A stretch of DNA of 63,883 nucleotides, counting the filler, from Octopus bimaculoides (taxonomy: Eukaryota), in NCBI RefSeq assembly GCF_001194135.2. It is 7 parts of 6 records of this genome, joined end to end, with 100 filler letters (N's around TTAATTAATTAA, not from the genome) between each part and the next. Parts side by side here need not be neighbours in the genome. Positions count along the whole stretch, not along the records: positions 1 to 25,756 come from NC_068988.1; 6 more parts are not named here. One strand, written 5' to 3'. The position numbers and the translations under genes are program-made. This document shows positions 12,401 to 22,900 of the stretch, piece after piece. Under the pieces are notes generated by a model. It did no database searches. It had not been told where the DNA came from and saw nothing but the letters and a program-made list of their open reading frames with translations. Within the stretch, counting starts at the first letter, position 1. The number at the start of each line of letters is the position of its first letter.

Positions 12401-12574
12401 ATATCAAGAAACTTTTCTCTAACAAAATGGACTCGGGAAGAGCTTCCACCACAAAACACTACTTTATAAAGGCCTGTCCAGCCAAAGCCAACAAGGTAAA
12501 GGGGGATGTAAAGATGATGATGATGACAGTGATAACAATAAGTTTCCAAATCTGAAAGAAAATTTTTGTTTCAA

Positions 12575-12989
12575 GTGTGGCTGTGTGGTAAGAAGCTTCC
12601 TTCCCAACCACATGGTTCTGGGTTCAGTCCCACAGCATAGCACCGTGGGCAAGTGTCTTCTATGATAGCCTCAGATCAACTAAAGCCTTGTGAATGGCTG
12701 TGGTAGACAGGAACTGAAAGAAGCCCATCATATATATATAAATGTATATATTTATGCATCTGTGTGTCTTTGTGTCTGTGTTTGTCCTCCCGCCATTGTT
12801 TGACAACCGATATTGGTGTGTTTACATCCCCTTAACTAAGCAGTTCAGCAAAAGGGACTGATAGAATAAGTACTAGGCTTACAAAGAATAAGTACTGGGG
12901 TTGATTTCGTCGACTACAAAACAACCCTTTAAGGCTATGCTCCAGCAGGGCTGCAGTCAAATCACTGAAACAAGTAAAAGAATAAAAGA
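12575..12989 (+). mobile_element. SINE family B, full length
   Basis: gtggctgtgtggtaagaag...ggttcagtccc...gggcaagtgtctt...gaaacaagtaaaaga. Confidence 0.85.
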
Positions 12990-13092
12990 ATATAGTTTAG
13001 ATATAATCCCTTACACTATGTTACTGTATTTCTTTTGGGTTTCAAATATTGTTACAAAAACATTCTGCTATGATACAACTCTAAGATACTAC

Positions 13093-13236
13093 CTGCCAAG
13101 CTAGGACTTGATCTGGATTAATTTCAATGGCTTGTTTATAATATGATATGGCTTCCTCTGCGTGTTTTGTTTCAACATTAGCCACAGCTCTGAAAACCAA
13201 GGCATTGTAGTTCTTCTCATCAAAATCAAGGATGAC
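13093..13236 (-). CDS. TTC37: TTC37 coding exon 2 (VILDFDEKNYNALVFRAVANVETKHAEEAISYYKQAIEINPDQVLAWQ), TPR
   Basis: 144 nt, phase 0-0, ttctag/gtagta. Matches human TVLKQEKNNYNAWVFIG...PDQLLAWQ. Confidence 0.95.
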
Positions 13237-13267
13237 CTAGAAAAACAATACAAAAGAAAAGGATTTA

Positions 13268-13815
13268 GATAATAACAATAAAAGGATTGTCCATTGAACA
13301 CTTTGCAACGGGTATGGACTTGACAGAGCAAAAAAGTGGTACGAACATAAACCCGAAGGCATCATCAAAAATGATAATGTAAAGATCCTGTGGGATTTTA
13401 TGATTTAGTGCGACCATGAAATAGAAAATAGGAAACCAGACAGTCTTAATTGAGAAAGAAAGCAAACGATGGTGGGTCATAGATATAGCATGCCCAGCTG
13501 ACAACAAGGTTTGCGATAAGGAAGAAAGAAAAATCGATAGATATGACAGGTTAGCATAGGAGGTTAAGCAGTTGTGGTCACTGAGAAAGGTGCTAGTAGT
13601 ACCAATAATTGTCGGAGCCCTGGGAACAGTGAGTAAAAAATCTTGAGAAGTACATGGAATAAATAGGGGCTGCAATAAGGGTGGAGCACTTGCAGAAAAC
13701 AGTACTGTTTGGAACCGCTCACTCAACTGTAAAAAGGTAAACCTGCGACAGACTGGCATCCCATTCAGGGGGAATGATGGCCTGCCTGCCTAGCCAGCAG
13801 GGTGGCATCATTCAA
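13268..13815 (+). mobile_element. R4/Dong-like non-LTR 3' fragment with restriction-like endonuclease domain
   Basis: KKWYEHKPEGIIKNDNVKILWDFMI*CDHEIENRKPD...LWSLRKVLVVPIIVGALGTV. Confidence 0.8.
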
Positions 13816-14162
13816 AAGATAAAACAATGCAAAGCGCATTGTGATCAGCAATGTATAACAACATCTGATAGTCTGGTCAATCACATGATATATATATATA
13901 CACACACACATATATATATACATGCAGGCAAGTATGGTGCCTTGGGTAAGTGCCTTCTAGTCTTCTACTACTATAGTACTGGGCCAACCAAACCCTTAGA
14001 ATGGAGTTTAGATGCACTGTTGACAACAAAGAATATTACTGGATATAACTGTTGAACATACCAAAATTTTTAAGTCCCTAAAATGGAGTTTAGATGCAGT
14101 GTTATAAACAAACAATATTATTAGATAAAGAACTTTTACTTAAAAGACCATGACTGACTTAC

Positions 14163-14252
14163 TTTACAGATGTTTTCAGCTTCTTCATAATTTTTATTCT
14201 TCAAGGCTTCACGTGCTGCCTTTAGCTTACTTTTGATTTCCTTATTGTCCAT
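14163..14252 (-). CDS. TTC37: TTC37/SKIC3 coding exon 1 (MDNKEIKSKLKAAREALKNKNYEEAENICK)
   Basis: 90 nt; acceptor tgtttcag directly before the ATG, donor gtaagt. Recognisably homologous to the human TTC37 N-terminus as recalled ([30 protein letters not shown]). Confidence 0.95.
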
Positions 14253-14869
14253 CTGAAACAACAATAATAACAATAATAATTTCGTAAGGCTGGTGGAGAT
14301 GTTTGATCAAATTGAACGGTGTACTTAAGTAATACCCAGTATCCAAATAAGCTATGGTGGAATTTGAACTCAGAATGCAAAAGCCAGGAAAATACTGCAA
14401 GGCATCCAGTTTGCTGTTCTTAGAGTTCTGTGAACCTACTGTCTTTGATTGGAAATTTTTATATCAACCCTGAAAGGATGGAAGGCAAAGTTGACCTTGG
14501 CAGAGGATTGGAACATATACCATAAAGCATTTGGTCCAACACTCACATGAATCCAAAACAAATATAAGAATACATGGCAGTGATTGAAGCAGAGGTCAAG
14601 GGTCAGAAGACGTTTAATAACATTTTAACATCATCTGAATCTTTTAAGTGAGACATAATTCATTGCCTGGTTTAGTTCAACACGACCACCACCTGATCCT
14701 TCGATGATGACATTAGTGAGGCCCCATTTGTCACAAGCATCTGGACTTATGTTGAAATTAAAGAGGGAAGCCTGAGCAAAGAATAAGTCAAAATGGTTGC
14801 TGCATGCTTGGAGTGGTTAGAGCTAGGAGCTAACCCTGGTTTGGTGTGGTTAGAGCTAACCCTAGCTTG

Positions 14870-15684
14870 GTGGGTCAATATAAAGACCTTCATCAGGGGA
14901 ACAAAAATAAAAATAATAAACCAGCCTGGGGGGTACAAACAAGTGTGTGGAAAACGAATATTAAAAAAGAAATGCATGCTGACGACCATGGGGGGGAAGT
15001 GGGGAGAGGACTTTCGGAAAATTCACAAGATTCAATTTTTCCGTCATAACTTCGGGTAATATTTTTCATTTCATTTCAAAGTTTCAGCTCAGAGCTGCGG
15101 CCATGCTGATGCACCACCGTGAAGTATTAAACGTCATCCCTGGTGGGATATAATATTGGATATATATTGATTTTTTTTTTACAGAATCCCACATTTTTGG
15201 TCATGGAGGATCCAATTCTGAAAAAAAAATTTTTTTAAATCACATTTTCAAAATTTCAATCCTCCCCCACTTCACTTTTCACTTTTTCTGAAAGTTTTTT
15301 TCTTTTTTTNNNNNNNNNNNNNNNAAAAAAAAAAAAGAATATATACCCTCAGGCCTTCATGCAGGCTATCCACATGCTAGAAACAACAGCCAAATCTCAC
15401 AAAACTGCAATAACAATGAAATTTTGAAAATGCAATTTTTGAAAATTTTTTTTCAAAATCAGATCCTCTATAACCACGTGGGATTCCGTGAAAAAGAAAA
15501 TCAATATACATCCATTTTACCCAAATTTATGACAGAAAAATCGGATCTTGTGAATTTTCTGAAAGTCCCCTCCCCACCTCCACATTTCTTTTCTTTTCAT
15601 ATTTGTTTTCCACACACTTGTTTGTATCCCACAGGCTGGTTTATTATTTTTTTGTTCCCGGGTGAAGGTCTTTATATTGACCAC
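14870..15684. mobile_element. Foldback element with long imperfect inverted arms
   Basis: 14872-15060 mirrors 15510-15683; 15150-15260 mirrors 15420-15500. Confidence 0.75.
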
Positions 15685-15904
15685 TTAGTGTGTTGACTGC
15701 ATGCATGACATGAGGGAAACAAAGTCTGCTATAATGTGAGCCAAAAAGCTTGGACATTCCCTGTAGCATCAGTGGTACCCAGCACCATGTGACAAAAAGG
15801 CAATACTGTCAGGAAGTGCAGCATTCACTGTGATGTCCAGTCATCATCAGATGACGGGAGTGGTCTGCAAAGCAAGCTGCAAAATACATGATACATATAC
15901 ATAT

Positions 15905-16470
15905 ATACATCATCATCATCATCATTTAACGTCCGTCTTCCATGCTAGCATGGGTTGGACGATTTGACTGGGGATTGGCGAACCAGATGGCTGCACCAGG
16001 CTCCAATCTGATTTGGCAGAGTTTCTACAGCTGGATGCCCTCCCTAACGCCAACCACTCCGAGAGTGTAGTGGGTGCTTTTTACGTGCCACCGGCACGAG
16101 GGCCAGTCCAGATGTACTGGCAACGGCCACGCTCAAATGGTGCTTTTTACGTGCCACCGGCACAGAAGACAGTCCAATATTTTGTTCACATGCCACCGGC
16201 ACGAGTGTCAGTAAGCCGAAGCTGGAAACGATCGCGCTCAAATGGTGCTTTTTACATGCCACCTGCACAGAAGTCAGTCCAATGTTTTGTTCACATGCCA
16301 CCGGCACGAGTGCCAGTAAGGCGAAGCTGGAAATGATCGCGCTCAAATGTTGTTTTTTACGTGCTACCTGCACAGAAGTCAGTCCAATGTTTTGTTCACA
16401 TGCCACTGGCACGAGTGTCAGTAAGGCGAAACTGGAAACGATCGCGCTCAAATGGTGTTTTTTACGTGCC
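15905..16470 (-). mobile_element. SINE-like family A with an internal ~105-bp unit repeated 3 times
   Basis: Units start near 16152, 16256 and 16361. Confidence 0.8.
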
Positions 16471-16715
16471 ACACACACAAATATGTACATGCAAACTCAC
16501 ACATATATACATGTAGTCACATACAAACACACGCGCCTACACCCGTCATCATTAGTTTTACGACACCACTTTTTCCATACTAACTTGGCTTGGATTCAAT
16601 GATTTTTCTAAGGCAGTGTTTTACGGCCGGATGCCCTTCTTATGGCCAACCCTTTTAAAGTCCCTTTTGCATGGTGTCCCTATTCTAAAACCGGCTACGC
16701 AGTATACACATATTA

Positions 16716-16965
16716 GGTAATCTTCAAGTTTAGGGGGATAAAAAAATAAATAAAAATATTCAAGGGAAATAACTGAACGACTTACCAGTTATCCGTTTTC
16801 TTCTAGCTGTTTATAAATAAATCACACCCTAACCCTAACGTCAATCAAATCGCGTGTGTGATTTATTTATAAACAGAGATGTACGGAGAATACTGGTAAG
16901 ACGTTCAGTTACTTCCCTTGAATATTTTTATTTATTTTTTTATCCCCCTAAACTTGAAGATTACC
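16716..16965. mobile_element. 250-bp near-perfect palindromic MITE with ccctaaccctaac in the loop
   Basis: ggtaatcttcaagtttagggggataaaa... mirrored by ...ttttatccccctaaacttgaagattacc, plus an inner arm ctgtttataaataaatcaca. No TSD seen. Confidence 0.8.
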
Positions 16966-18490
16966 CACATATTATCTACTCACACACACACATATCCATC
17001 TACACCGTATTCACAATATGGTTCCTGATGTGATGTCGGGCACGTACAATATTTTTAGTGACTCAGAGGAGTAAGAACATGGCTCATAAACATTTTCAGC
17101 GTAATCGAGACTGGTCAGAGGAATGGAAAAAGTTATTTTTAGACTGAGTACCTAGCCCGGGAGCAGAAAGTTCTTTCCTAAAGAGGCCGATGGTGATATT
17201 AAAAAGGCAACGAATTAGTGTCCGCTCAAAGCAGGAACAATCCCTACGTATGGTTTTCAGAAGGTCTCTAACAAATTCTACCCACGGAACATTCACTCAA
17301 CTTGAAGCTATGCTAGGAAACTCTTTGTCCAAAGTAGCACACAGTAGAATCGAACTTCGTAACCACAAAGCTATGCCTGAGTCCATTCTAGAAACAAGAC
17401 TACTGGATTCTTCTAGAAAGAAGAGTTGATGACATAGCATGGCACGTTACGTCGCTGTCTGAGAAATGCAAACAGCTGCGTAAACAAAACAAACAGCAGC
17501 CAGCACGATTCGAACTCGAAAACTTGGCTGGACAGATTGGACATTAACCGGTTGAGTAACGCTGATTGAAATCAACGAAATAAGTAAAATCTGGTAATAA
17601 TAAAATTAATAGATTTTAATAAATCGATTATGAACAAGGAAGAATTCTTTAATGAGTGGTAAAAATAAAGAGAAAAATAATGACAATTCTTTTTGCTACA
17701 GAAACAATGCTTAAAATTTTGGAAGATAGGGAGATCGATGACAGTCCCCAGTGCTTGACTGGTACTTATTTTACTGACCCCGAAAGGATAAAGTCGACCT
17801 CGGTGGAATTTGAACTCAAAGCGTAAAGCCGGAAAAAATACCACTAAGCATTTTGTCCGGCATGTTAACGATTCTGCTAGCTTGCAAAAAAATAAAGAAA
17901 GGATCAAAAACATGCAAGGAAGAATTACGATGCAATAAATAAAGCTGTTACTGGAGATTACGTATATATTTACCTTTCAGGTATTAGAAAATAAAGGGAG
18001 AGAGAACGAATTTGAAACAAGTGTCACTCCCTCATCTCTCCATTCAAACATCAAAATAAACGTGGACAATCACTTGGAAAAGGAAACTTACATCAACCGG
18101 AAACTCTACACCGGAAACTGTAATGAGTTGTTGCCCTTTAATATGCAAACATGAAAATAATAATAATAGATTGATTTTCTCCTTTTCCTTTTTGTTTTCT
18201 TAAAGTCAGGTATACTATGGAAGCAGCTAAGAGACATAAAATTGTTATCTGCAGTAATATCGATTTTCTTAGCGATAAAGTCTTAATGTTCGTCTTCTGA
18301 TATATATATAGATAGGTATAGGTTTGGTATAATGCAAACAAGAAAACAGAACTCAGAATATGAATCGCTTATCTTTTATCTTTTACTTGTTTCAGTCATT
18401 AGACGGCGGCCATGCTGGTGCACCATCTTGAAGAATTTTTAGTCAAATGAATCGAACCCATCCCCCGTTCTTGATTTTGTTAAAGCCTGG

Positions 18491-19087
18491 GGATCTTTTT
18501 TAAAACGGGGGCCACATTTTTCATTAATGTTTTACGTAGTGTTTTTGGTACCGAAAGACTTTCAAACTTCGTATACTTATCTATTTTGTGTTATAGAACA
18601 GAAAAATATTTTTGTATTCGAATTTATTTCATGTAAAAAATTGTCTTATTTCGATAATTTCAACCAATCACTGACGTCCATTCAGCCGATATACATTAAG
18701 TGCCGACTACATAAACAAACGATTCTTCGTTTTATTTGCTTTTTTCATTTTAAATTTGCTTTAACCCTAACCCTAACTCTAACTCTAACCCTAACCCTAA
18801 CCCTAACCCTAGGGTTAGGGTTAGGGTTAGAGTTAGGGTTAGGGTTAATTGTTTCAGAATCGTTTGTTTATGTAGTCGGCGCTTAATGTATATCGGCTGA
18901 ATGGACGTCAGTGATTGGTTGAAATTACAGAAATACGACAACTTTAACATGGAATAATTTATGGATTTCTTTTTTTTTTTAAGAAGACTAAGAGAAAAAG
19001 ATGTTTTATATGACACATTCTACCAGTGTTCCAAGTTTCAAAGTGTTTCGTTAATGAAAAATGTGGCCCCCGTTTTAAAAAAGATCC
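18491..19087. mobile_element. Palindromic MITE (Merlin-like) with a central inverted telomeric array
   Basis: TIR ggatcttttttaaaacgggggccacatttttcattaa and its reverse complement; 8-bp TSD aagcctgg (18483-18490, 19088-19095); inserted in a SINE. Superfamily inferred from GG ends and TSD length. Confidence 0.85.
18762..18847. repeat. (CCCTAA)n-(TTAGGG)n inverted telomeric array, symmetry centre CCCT|AGGG at 18810/18811
   Basis: Read directly; TTAGAG variants occur on both arms. Confidence 0.95.
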
Positions 19088-20019
19088 AAGCCTGGTACTT
19101 ATTCTATCTGTCTCTTTTGCTGAACTGCTAAGTTGCAGGGACGTAAGCACACCAACACCAGTTGTCAAGCAGTGCCAGGGGACAGGCACAAACACAACGA
19201 CACAAACATAGATACATGTGTACATATATATGTAAGTGTGTGCGTGCATATATATATATATATATATANNNNNNNNNNNNNNNNNNNNNNNNNNNNNNNN
19301 NNNNNNNNNNNNNNNNNNNNNNNNNNNNNNNNNNNNNNNNNNNNNNNNNNNNNNNNNNNNNNNNNNNNNNNNNNNNNNNNNNNNNNNNNNNNNNNNNNNN
19401 NNNNNNNNNNNNNNNNNNNNNNNNNNNNNNNNNNNNNNNNNNNNNNNNNNNNNNNNNNNNNNNNNNNNNNNNNNNNNNNNNNNNNNNNNNNNNNNNNNNN
19501 NNNNNNNNNNNNNNNNNNNNNNNNNNNNNNNNNNNNNNNNNNNNNNNNNNNNNNNNNNNNNNNNNNNNNNNNNNNNNNNNNNNNNNNNNNNNNNNNNNNN
19601 NNNNNNNNNNNNNNNNNNNNNNNNNNNNNNNNNNNNNNNNNNNNNNNNNNNNNNNNNNNNNNNNNNNNNNNNNNNNNNNNNNNNNNNNNNNNNNNNNNNN
19701 NNNNNNNNNNNNNNNNNNNNNNNNNNNNNNNNNNNNNNNNNNNNNNNNNNNNNNNNNNNNNNNNNNNNNNNNNNNNNNNNNNNNNNNNNNNNNNNNNNNN
19801 NNNNNNNNNNNNNNNNNNNNNNNNNNNNNNNNNNNNNNNNNNNNNNNNNNNNNNNNNNNNNNNNNNNNNNNNNNNNNNNNNNNNNNNNNNNNNNNNNNNN
19901 NNNNNNNNNNNNNNNNNNNNNNNNNNNNNNNNNNNNNNNNNNNNNNNNNNNNNNNNNNNNNNNNNNNNNNNNNNNNNNNNNNNNNNNNNNNNATATATAT
20001 ATATTAAATATGAAAAATA

Positions 20020-20330
20020 CAAAATGGGACAAGAAGGCAAAACATCCAGACAGTTAGGTGATACAAAAAAGGGATAACAAAACATCCAGATAGACAATAC
20101 AAAGAAAACAAGGACAGGTCATTTGGAGTTTTCTTTCCTCAATCAAGTTCCAGATTATCTTTGCAATTTCGGCTGGTTATACTCAAGATTGCTCCAATCT
20201 GGCCAGCCCCAAGGAAAAACTAAGCTAAGAGCATTAGATTCCTTAGAAGAAAGTAGCAAATGTATACGAAAACAAGGATGGAAAAAAAACGGAGGAATGG
20301 TACACAAATACAAATAACAGGACACACATA
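20020..20330. mobile_element. Dispersed repeat family (copies at 54840-55180 and 55605-55680) with a hammerhead-like but non-canonical fold
   Basis: Aligns by eye to 54840-55140. Confidence 0.55.
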
Positions 20331-20530
20331 TACATGACAGGATTCTTTCACTTTCCATCTACCATATTCACTTGCTAGGCTTTCATCATCACAAGACTAA
20401 AGCAGAAAAACACTTGCCCAAGGTGCCATGCAATGGGACTGAAACTGGAACCATGTGATTGAAATACAAGCTTCTTACTATACAACCATGCTTGTGCCTC
20501 CACACAACCAAACCTGCGCCTATATATGTA

Positions 20531-21300
20531 CAGGTTGTTGTCGATTTACGACCTATCCGACTTACGACTAATTGACTTTACAATGATTGGCGTCAGTTAA
20601 CAAATGCTTATCCTAGGTTTTGGTTATTGATCGCCACTATAATTATCCCAAGTGATGAATATCCTGTTGCAGAGACATTGGGGGCAACTTCGTATTTGCT
20701 TGAGACTCTGAAATTTTTTACTAATCCTGGCTCAATACAGCACAGCACTTCCAGTGACTCTGTGTATTTTGTCTTTGATGTTTTCTAAAGAGGAAATTGT
20801 TTTCAGCTGCTCCTCAAACTGCCAAGAAGCAAAGAAAGGCCACCGACCTCAGTATAAAAATGTTGGTAATTAGACAGCACAAAGGAGGAAAGAAAGTGAA
20901 TGAGATTGCATGTGAACTGAAGTTATCACACTCTACTATTTCAACAATATTGAAGGATAAAGAAAGGATTCGTAAAGCTGTGTAAGGTTCAGCACCCATG
21001 AGATCTACAGTTATAGCAAAGCAGCAGACTGGGCCCATCCACGAAATGGAGAAATTGTTACAAATTTGGATTGAAGATCAGATCCAAAGACAGACACCAT
21101 TAAGTCCTTTTATTGTGCAGTCAAAGGCCAGAAGTTTGTTTCAGACTGTAAAGGAGCGTTCTGGAGAAGAATACAGTCAGGAATTTTTAGCAAGTACTGG
21201 CTGGTTCAAAAGATTTAAAAAAAGATTCCAACTTCATAATGTTTGAGTGACTGGAGAAGTGGTGAGTGCAGACAAGGAATCAGCAGTGATGGAGCCATGA
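20531..21300 (+). mobile_element. Tigger/pogo element 5' part with CENP-B-type HTH domains (pseudogene)
   Basis: TA|caggttgttgtcgatttacgac TIR; KQRKATDLSIKMLVI...HSTISTILKDKERI*...EMEKLLQIWIEDQIQ...FLASTGWFKRFKKRFQLHNV. Confidence 0.9.
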
Positions 21301-21406
21301 TAGGAATTTAAGAAAAAGGAGTAGAGGATAGGATGGAGAGAAAAGAAGAGCAACACATAAAGAGAAAGGCAGAGATTGGAGAGTTTGATTAAAAGAAAAA
21401 AATAGA

Positions 21407-21538
21407 GAAGTGGCTGTCTGGTAAGTAGCTTGCTTACCAACCACATGGGCAAGTGTTTTCTACTATAGCCTCAGACCGATCAAAGCCTTGTGAGTAGATT
21501 TGGTAGACGGAAACTGAAAGAAGCCCGTCATATATATG

Positions 21539-21569
<31 letters not shown>

Positions 21570-21782
21570 TTGTGTATCTGTGTTTGTCCCCCCAGCATCG
21601 CTTGACAACCGATGGTGCTGTGTTTATGTCCCCGTAACTTAGCGGTTCAGCAAAAAGAGACCGATAGAATAAGTACTAGGCTTCCAAAGAATAACTCCTG
21701 GGGTCGATTTGCTCAACTAAAGGCGGTGTTCCAGCATGGTCGCATCAAATGACTGAAACAAGTAAAAGAGTAAAACGAGAGT
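21407..21782 (+). mobile_element. SINE family B
   Basis: Consensus match by eye. Confidence 0.85.
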
Positions 21783-22449
21783 AAGTTATTGAAGTTGAGG
21801 GTAAGAGAAAGAGAGAGGTTGAGAAAGAAATAGAAGAATTTGAAAACAATGAAAGAGGTATGTGAAGAAAAGGAAGATAGAGAGAGAGAGATTCAAGGAG
21901 GAGAAAAGAAGGCTAGGCACTAAACTAGAGAGAAAGTAAGAGATAAGACAGAAATAGGGAATTGAAGAAGTGCATAAGAAGGTGGGAAGAAAATAAGGGT
22001 TGGAACTAAACTGGGGAGAAAGTTAGAAGGAGCTAGGGGGAGAGTAAGAGAAGGAGAATTTTAGAGAGAGAAAGAAGATACTGGGAGTGGGAAGCTAGAG
22101 ATATGGAAATGTGTGTGCGTATATGTGTATGTATAGATGGACAGATTTTTTTTCCTCTCTTGTTTAGATATCATTATTAAGACATATTTCTCAAGGCCTC
22201 AGCAGACAAAATGGGAAAGGCTTTGCCCTGAAGGACGGTGAAGGAGAAGGTGCAGTTTGACCTATAGAAAGATAGAATCATGACAAGAGAGAAGAGAAGC
22301 TGGGATATATATATATATATATATATAGATAGATAGATAGATAGATAGACAGATCAAAAATAGATAGATAGATAGATAGATTGATTGATAGATAGATAGA
22401 TACATATGCATGTGTGTATCTGTATATGTATATTTATATATATATATGT

Positions 22450-22900
22450 ATTGTGACTACTGACCGAGACCTTTGGAAATGTGCTGTGCGTGAGAAGACC
22501 CGGCAAGCCAAGTAAGATCGTTGCCAGTGCCCCTGGACTGGCTCTTGTGCGGGTGGCACATGAGATGCACCATTTTGAGCGTGGCCGTTGCCAGTACCGT
22601 CTGACTGGCTCCCGTAGGATTTTCGAGTGAGATCGTTGCCAGTGCCCCTGGACTGGCTTGTGCGGGTGGCACGTAAAAGACACCATTTCGAGCGTGGCCG
22701 TTTTCGTGCAGGTGACATGTAAAAGCACCCACTACACTCTCTGAGTGGTTGGCGTTAGGAAGGGCATCCAGCTGTAGAAACTCTGCCAAATTAGATTGGA
22801 GCCTGGTGTTGCCATCCGGTTTCACCAGTCCTCAGTCAAATCGTCCAACCCATGCTAGCATGGAAAGCGGACGTTAAACGATGATGATGATGATGATGAT
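22450..22900 (+). mobile_element. SINE-like family A with internal modular duplication
   Basis: gatcgttgccagtgcccctggactggc occurs twice (about 22517 and 22631). Confidence 0.8.

Larger units (their letters stand above)
18375..19267 (-). mobile_element. SINE family B interrupted by the telomeric MITE
   Basis: SINE consensus is continuous across the TSD aagcctgg. Confidence 0.8.

Noticed and set aside
12575-12650. tRNA genes
   Set aside because: A/B-box heads belong to SINEs and do not form complete cloverleaves.
17079-17429. Tc1-like peptide (AHKH..DWSEEWKKLF) and a 79-aa ORF
   Set aside because: Resemblance is limited to about 15 residues, with no catalytic motifs or TIRs.
18762-18847. 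Ancestral chromosome end-to-end fusion site
   Set aside because: Polarity is CCCTAA then TTAGGG (opposite to a fusion), and the array sits inside a TSD-flanked mobile element. The 39.4-kb array has fusion polarity but is also inside such an element.
18959-20097. Long ORFs in the track (also 31310-32395, 39954-40719, 56181-57051, 60724-61633)
   Set aside because: They are open only because they run through N gaps.
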